The notes below the pieces were generated by a model. It was not told where the DNA came from. It made no database searches and saw only the letters and a program-made list of their open reading frames with translations. A DNA stretch of 51,817 nucleotides. It comes from a virus. Lineage: Duplodnaviria; Caudoviricetes. This document shows, piece by piece, positions 47,039 to 51,817 of the stretch. The stretch is from positions 1 to 51,817 of the IMG/VR virus record IMGVR_UViG_3300044822_000145. The stretch is one strand, 5' to 3'. The translations under genes and the position numbers were made by a program. How positions within the stretch are numbered: position 1 is the stretch's first letter; each line of letters opens with the position of its first letter.

Positions 47039-47233
47039 ATGCCGCCGTTGACGCCGGATGAAGTAGATTCGTGGATAAGCGCTATTCGACGTTTTGCGCT
47101 CGCGCTTATCGGCATTGGCGGATTGACTATTGTAGTGGTCCGCTTTGCACAGACGGGAGATGTATCACTTCCGATCTTCGCGGCGTTTGCAGGCATACTA
47201 GGATTAAACATTTTGAACATAGGAAAGGAGTAA
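47039..47233 (+). CDS. Two-TM small membrane protein, holin-like
   Basis: Two hydrophobic segments and a charged C-terminus; TGcTATAAT 5 nt upstream. Confidence 0.55.
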   Translation: MPPLTPDEVDSWISAIRRFALALIGIGGLTIVVVRFAQTGDVSLPIFAAFAGILGLNILNIGKE

Positions 47234-47237
47234 CCTC

Positions 47238-47597
47238 ATGATGCGTATCAAGCCGTTTCTCGTAATCCCGTATATTATTTTGCTCGGTATTATTATTGTT
47301 TGCTTCACCGTATTACAACGGGATCAATTACAAATTGAGCAAGTGGCCGAACGAGATTGCACGATCCAAAAGAATATGTATGCAATCATCGCCAGAGGCT
47401 TACGCAATCAAGCAAGTATCGAGCGGTCCCTTCCGCCGCCACCGCAAAAAGGTGACGCACAATCGCTGCGCTCAAATGCACTTCTCCTAGAGGCGCACGA
47501 AATGGACATGGGCGCAAAGTCATTGCCCAACTGCGCGAACCGTCCACTTCAATCGCATCCGCAAATTCTACCTTCGCCAAAGAAAGCACAATCATGA
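47238..47597 (+). CDS. Single-TM protein with periplasmic helix (spanin-like?)
   Basis: AAGGAG RBS; N-terminal TM and two downstream Cys. Confidence 0.55.
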   Translation: MMRIKPFLVIPYIILLGIIIVCFTVLQRDQLQIEQVAERDCTIQKNMYAIIARGLRNQASIERSLPPPPQKGDAQSLRSNALLLEAHEMDMGAKSLPNCANRPLQSHPQILPSPKKAQS

Positions 47598-48352
47598 ATA
47601 GCGAAATCGCTCCGGGTTTTTGTCAGTGCGGATGCGGAGAGAAGACAGCAGTCCCTGATAAAAGCTGTGCATCTAGGGGTCTTATCAAGGGCGTCCCTAA
47701 GCGATTTGCTCATGGGCACAACGGACGGCTCCAGGAAAAGAAGCCGAGAAAGCGCATCGTCCGCGAAAGAAGCGAGCATCTCTGCGAATGCGGATGCGGA
47801 GAGAAAACTTTTCTTATGCCGTGGACAAATAAAAGCGTGGGATGGATAAAAGGGAATCCATCGCAATTTATTACGGGACATAACGCAAGGCTATTAGATC
47901 ATGAAACGGGTTTCCCAAAAGGAGCTTTGGTTGATCCTGAATTTATGTACCTCGAATACAAATATACTTGGTGCATTCGCGCCGGTTATGTCGTAGGCGA
48001 GCATACGCGAAATGGTGAAAAAGAAGAAGTTCGCTTACATCGGATTGTGACCGGAGCATTGCCAGGCCAAGAAGTCGATCATATCAATAGAATAAGAACC
48101 GACAATCGAAAAGAAAATCTTCGCGTTGTAACGCATGCCGAAAACTGCCAGAACCTTCCTCCAGAAGGGCACGGTGGTATATCTGGAATACGCGGTGTAA
48201 GTTGGGAATCTCAGACAAGGAAATGGAAAGCTCAAGCGGTGATTCGCGATAAACATTTTAGTCTCGGTCGATTCTCCACGATAGAAGAAGCCGCTCACAT
48301 TGTGCAAGCGTTCCGGGCTGCAAATATGCCATTCTCGGAGGATGCACAATGA
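47594..48352 (+). CDS. HNH-AP2 homing endonuclease with two CxCGCG repeats
   Basis: LHR...VDHINRIRTDNRKENLR...N and SGIRGVSW...WKAQ...LGRF...EEAA motifs. Confidence 0.92.
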   Translation: MNSEIAPGFCQCGCGEKTAVPDKSCASRGLIKGVPKRFAHGHNGRLQEKKPRKRIVRERSEHLCECGCGEKTFLMPWTNKSVGWIKGNPSQFITGHNARLLDHETGFPKGALVDPEFMYLEYKYTWCIRAGYVVGEHTRNGEKEEVRLHRIVTGALPGQEVDHINRIRTDNRKENLRVVTHAENCQNLPPEGHGGISGIRGVSWESQTRKWKAQAVIRDKHFSLGRFSTIEEAAHIVQAFRAANMPFSEDAQ

Positions 48353-49293
48353 ACGATGATGAGCGCAAGGAATGGGTTCGCGCGCGCCGCCTCGGGCTCG
48401 GCGGTTCAGACGCCGCTGCTGCATTAGGATTCAGCCCATATACGACGCCCTACGAGCTTTACTTGGAGAAGCGAGGCGAAGTTCCAGACAAAGACCTCTC
48501 GGACAATCCGTTCGTGGAGTGGGGTTCCCGTCTCGAAGACGTTATTAGCGATGCCTATAGTGAGAAGACGGGGCAAAAGGTTCATCGCGTCAATCGCATT
48601 CTGAAACACCCTGAGCACCCGTGGATGCTTGCGAATCTTGATCGTCGCATTGTCGGCGACAAGCGCGGGCTGGAAGTCAAAACCGCGAACGCATGGTCCG
48701 GGAGAGACGCGGAAACTTGGGGAGCGAGCGGTACGGATATCGTTCCGGAGCATTATCTACTGCAATGCGCTCATTACCTCGCAGTCACTGGCTACACTGC
48801 ATTCGACCTATGCGTTTTAATCGGTGGAAACGATCTGAGAATCTATACCATCGCGCGGAACGAGGCATTGATCGCGCATCTCATCGAAGGCGAATCGGCC
48901 TTCTGGAACCTCGTGAAGACGGGCGTTCCTCCTGCGGCGAAGACGATATCCGATACGCGCGCAAAGTTCCGTACGCACATTGCGAAGACGTACGTGGAGG
49001 CGACGGACGACGTGAAGCCTCTCGTCGAAGAGTACCTTTCGCTTACGGAGCAGTTAAAAGCATTCAAGGCGCTCGACGAACGCAAGGAAGAACTCCAAGC
49101 GCAGATCGGCGACTTCATGGGGATGAACGAGGTTTTGACCGTGAACGATGTAGACAGGCTTTCGTTCAAAGGCCAATCGACCGGGAAGCGTTTGCCGTCG
49201 TCATTCAAGGACGCGGAGCCGGAGATATTCGCGAAGTACGCCGTCGAAGGGCATACGCGCGTGATGCGGATTCTCAAGGATAAGAAGTCATGA
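48349..49293 (+). CDS. yqaJ: YqaJ-like (lambda exonuclease family) recombination nuclease
   Basis: RRLGLGGSDAAA, WGSRLE, ANLDR, LEVKT and YLLQCAHY motifs. Confidence 0.92.
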   Translation: MNDDERKEWVRARRLGLGGSDAAAALGFSPYTTPYELYLEKRGEVPDKDLSDNPFVEWGSRLEDVISDAYSEKTGQKVHRVNRILKHPEHPWMLANLDRRIVGDKRGLEVKTANAWSGRDAETWGASGTDIVPEHYLLQCAHYLAVTGYTAFDLCVLIGGNDLRIYTIARNEALIAHLIEGESAFWNLVKTGVPPAAKTISDTRAKFRTHIAKTYVEATDDVKPLVEEYLSLTEQLKAFKALDERKEELQAQIGDFMGMNEVLTVNDVDRLSFKGQSTGKRLPSSFKDAEPEIFAKYAVEGHTRVMRILKDKKS

Positions 49294-49478
49294 CCGATTA
49301 CAATTATCAATATGTCGAGGGGCTGGAGGCCGAAGTTTCCAAATTGCAAGCGCAACTTATTCAAGTCACTTGCGAACTAAAAGACGCGCAACGGGAATTA
49401 GAGCAAGCGAAGAAGGAAACCGCGACATGGTTAGGTTGCGCTGAAAAGCTCGAAAGGGCACTGAACGCAAAGACATGA
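49290..49478 (+). CDS. Small coiled-coil protein
   Basis: ATGA coupling. Confidence 0.6.
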   Translation: MTDYNYQYVEGLEAEVSKLQAQLIQVTCELKDAQRELEQAKKETATWLGCAEKLERALNAKT

Positions 49479-49615
49479 TTCCCTACGCCTTCCTCGCCTT
49501 TTTCATCCTCGTATGGATGCGCGAGCACGTGCGCGCTATTCGGCTAGAGAATCTGTGCCGCCGTTGCATTGAGGACCTCAAGCGATTCGATTCCAAGGAA
49601 TCGGCGCGCGTGTAG
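49475..49615 (+). CDS. Small membrane protein (46 aa)
   Basis: Own translation MIPYAFLAFFILVW...; ATGA coupling. Confidence 0.5.
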   Translation: MIPYAFLAFFILVWMREHVRAIRLENLCRRCIEDLKRFDSKESARV

Positions 49616-49618
49616 TCC

Positions 49619-49834
49619 CTACTTCCTTCTAGTCTTCGGCGCATCGAGTTCATAATACAGAGGCTCGTTTTTCTCCATGCGCTCGATAATCATACACGCG
49701 AGGAAGTTCCCGCGCGAGGCTCCTATCTCGGTTGCAGCGGCGTCAATCGCAGCGACGACCGACGTGGGTAGCCGGATCGCGATAGTCTCGGTTTTCTCGT
49801 GAACGAATCCATCCCCGCGCACGCCGGTTCTCAT
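49619..49834 (-). CDS. CopG/RHH regulator
   Basis: TIAIRLPTSVVAAIDAAATEIGASRGNFL. Confidence 0.8.
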   Translation of the reverse strand: MRTGVRGDGFVHEKTETIAIRLPTSVVAAIDAAATEIGASRGNFLACMIIERMEKNEPLYYELDAPKTRRK

Positions 49835-49836
49835 GT

Positions 49837-49880
49837 AGTTGCGTAACTAGTTGCTATCGGCATGGCGCATAGTTGGCAAC
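49837..49880. promoter_or_regulatory. Candidate RHH operator (TAGTTG x3; TAGTT-GCGT-AACTA palindrome)
   Basis: Directly upstream of the RHH gene, between it and the divergent rep gene. Confidence 0.45.
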
Positions 49881-49942
49881 GTGGGAGCTATCCTCCTTGC
49901 GGGGAGTTTTTACGACGACGGGGGAAACAAAAGAGCGGCGCT

Positions 49943-51010
49943 ATGAACGCCGCTCTTTTAATCTCTCTCCTGGAAGATCGAGACGCCTTGAAACGTACCA
50001 CAGAACCTACGCAACCCCCTACCTTTTCGGTAGAACGAACAGCCGAGCAACGCAGCATTCGCCCTCGTCGATTCGCAAAATTCGATCCCGAATGGATTCC
50101 GTTTCTCCCGAATCCGACGGCGCAAACCGTCTTTTTGGTATTGCTTTCCCATGCTCGTTCCGATGGGGAGTGCTGGCCGCGACGGACGACGATTGCGAGT
50201 ATGGCGCATATCTCCCTATGCCATGTCAGCGAAGCATTGCGCGCCCTTGAGGGCATCGGAGCGGTGAAAACAATTCATACAAAAGGCAAAAGATCGAGGT
50301 ATAAAGTCATGTTCCACCCTCAAGAATCAGTAGTACCGGATTCCGGTATCACCCCAAATGGAGTGGTACCGGATTTAGATACTACAGTAGTACCGGATTC
50401 CGGTAGTAGTCAGGTATCGGAATCCGGTACTACACGTAACAGACCAGGGAACATATCAATGAACATAACGTCGCGCGTGCGTGCGCGAGACGACGGCGAA
50501 GAAAAAACGACCGACGAGGAAGCAGGGGAAGCATCGGACTTTATTTTGTGGTTTCTCAAATCGGGCGTCGATGCCGGAGTTCTTCGGCAGTCCCTCGATA
50601 TTCATGCCGCAGCGCAGGGCGAATCGCTCCCGCACGCCGAGAAGCTAATCGGCACATGGGGACGCGCCGAATGTGAGGCGCGAACCCTGCGATTCTTTAC
50701 CGCCGTCGATTCGGCTAAATTGCGCCGTGCGCCGACGATCGAGGGATTTGCCGGAGCGTGGGATTGCTCTGCATTGAAGCCCCGCCAATACAAATCGCGC
50801 ACCGAACCGGGATGGCTGGCCTCTGCAATGGATGACGTTCGCAAACGTAAGCAGGCGCAACTTCGAGAACCAACGGACGGCGAGGCGCGCGTCCTAGAGA
50901 TTTGCTATCAATGGCAATGCGGCGTCTCAATCCCTATGCCGCTTGACCTCAAGCCGCTCTTGGATACGATGCGCCTAACGATAGAACTTCCGCGTCGCCC
51001 ACGCACATGA
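49943..51010 (+). CDS. Replication initiator (lambda O-like, wHTH)
   Basis: VFLVLLSHARSDGECWPRRTTIA...ALRALE wHTH followed by internal iterons. Confidence 0.85.
   Translation: MNAALLISLLEDRDALKRTTEPTQPPTFSVERTAEQRSIRPRRFAKFDPEWIPFLPNPTAQTVFLVLLSHARSDGECWPRRTTIASMAHISLCHVSEALRALEGIGAVKTIHTKGKRSRYKVMFHPQESVVPDSGITPNGVVPDLDTTVVPDSGSSQVSESGTTRNRPGNISMNITSRVRARDDGEEKTTDEEAGEASDFILWFLKSGVDAGVLRQSLDIHAAAQGESLPHAEKLIGTWGRAECEARTLRFFTAVDSAKLRRAPTIEGFAGAWDCSALKPRQYKSRTEPGWLASAMDDVRKRKQAQLREPTDGEARVLEICYQWQCGVSIPMPLDLKPLLDTMRLTIELPRRPRT
50328..50433. repeat. Iterons / probable replication origin
   Basis: CAGTAGTACCGGATTCCGGTA at 50328 and 50385, partial copy at 50363, inverted copy at 50415-50433. Confidence 0.85.
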
Positions 51011-51173
51011 ACCACAGAGGCGCGCAATGGGAGGGGGCCTTAGTCCAACTCAGGGCGACGGCTTCGCGCGCTCCTAGGGCAAATGCGGGGCCTTTTCTTG
51101 GATGCCCCACGCCTGCGTCGTTCGCATAGGGCAAGAGGAGGAACTCTAGGCAAGGAGAGCAAACCTCAGCAGC

Positions 51174-51500
51174 GTGGAATCAAACACGCTCATCCCGCTT
51201 TCCATTCTCGACCGCCATCTTCTCGAAACCGCCGAAGGCAAATGCGACTTCCCCGGATGCGGCAAGGTCCTCACGCGGCGCGGGATGGGCCGGCACAAGG
51301 CGATCCATGCACGCAAGGCTCCGGCGAACCCGAACGACGCGATTGTGGAGAAGCTACGTATCCGGTGCCGGCAACGAGTTGCGGAACTACTCGCGCTCGT
51401 TTCGCATTGGGATAATCCAGAGTTCACCCCTGAGTTACGCGACGTAGTGAAGCATGTTAGAGAACTACATGCCGACCTTGACGTATTGGGAGTTATCTAA
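51174..51500 (+). CDS. C2H2 zinc-finger protein
   Basis: [22 protein letters not shown]. Confidence 0.7.
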   Translation: MESNTLIPLSILDRHLLETAEGKCDFPGCGKVLTRRGMGRHKAIHARKAPANPNDAIVEKLRIRCRQRVAELLALVSHWDNPEFTPELRDVVKHVRELHADLDVLGVI

Positions 51501-51502
51501 CC

Positions 51503-51817
51503 ATGACAATAGACGACCTCAAAACCATCCTTGCCTCTCATCTCAAGTGGTTAAAGAACGAAGATGGCGGAAGCCGCGCGTACCTCCGCGGCGCGTACCT
51601 CCGCGGCGCGGACCTCAGCCGCGCGTACCTCAGCGGCGCGGACCTCCGCGGCGCGGACCTCAGCAGCGCGTACCTCCGCGGCGCGGACCTCAGCAGCGCG
51701 TACCTCCGCGGCGCGGACCTCCGCGGCGCGGACCTCAGCCGCGCGGACCTCCGCCGCGCGGACCTCAGCCGCGCGTACCTCAGCGGCGCGGACCTCAGCA
51801 GCGCGTACCTCCGCGGC
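51503..51817 (+). CDS. Pentapeptide-repeat protein, 5' part
   Basis: GGGAG RBS; [28 protein letters not shown]... runs to the window end and continues at nt 1. Confidence 0.9.
   Translation, partial: MTIDDLKTILASHLKWLKNEDGGSRAYLRGAYLRGADLSRAYLSGADLRGADLSSAYLRGADLSSAYLRGADLRGADLSRADLRRADLSRAYLSGADLSSAYLRG

Noticed and set aside
50328-50433. CRISPR interpretation of two identical 21-bp palindromic repeats 36 nt apart
   Set aside because: The gap contains a partial copy, an inverted copy follows, and all lie in frame within the initiator gene; this is typical of iterons.
1-51817. Stop-codon reassignment
   Set aside because: Core genes are full length in the standard code and use all three stops, and there is no suppressor tRNA.

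Overview
This window is an apparently complete, circularly permuted ~51.7 kb tailed phage genome with a contractile (myovirus-type) tail. Both ends lie inside one pentapeptide-repeat gene, and 51742-51817 matches 1-76 with one mismatch. Gene order: small accessory genes, a KGG/GsiB-like stress protein, a RusA-like gene and a clan GH-A glycoside hydrolase; a reverse-strand lytic transglycosylase; a ParB-like / Mom-like / tRNA-Gly-like cassette; terminase, portal, head and neck genes; fibre/appendage genes; sheath, tube, chaperone, tape measure and baseplate; a reverse-strand DNA methyltransferase/helicase operon; a divergent HTH switch; and recombination (SSAP-like, YqaJ) and replication-initiator genes with iterons. 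Three free-standing HNH genes are present. I saw no integrase, DNA polymerase or CRISPR array. The most interesting element is a Mom-family adenine-hypermodifying gene whose 3' end overlaps a non-canonical tRNA-Gly(TCC) with intact GlyRS identity elements but a bulged T-stem. This is a candidate dedicated glycyl donor for DNA modification. All family assignments come from motif recognition and gene context; no database searches were run.
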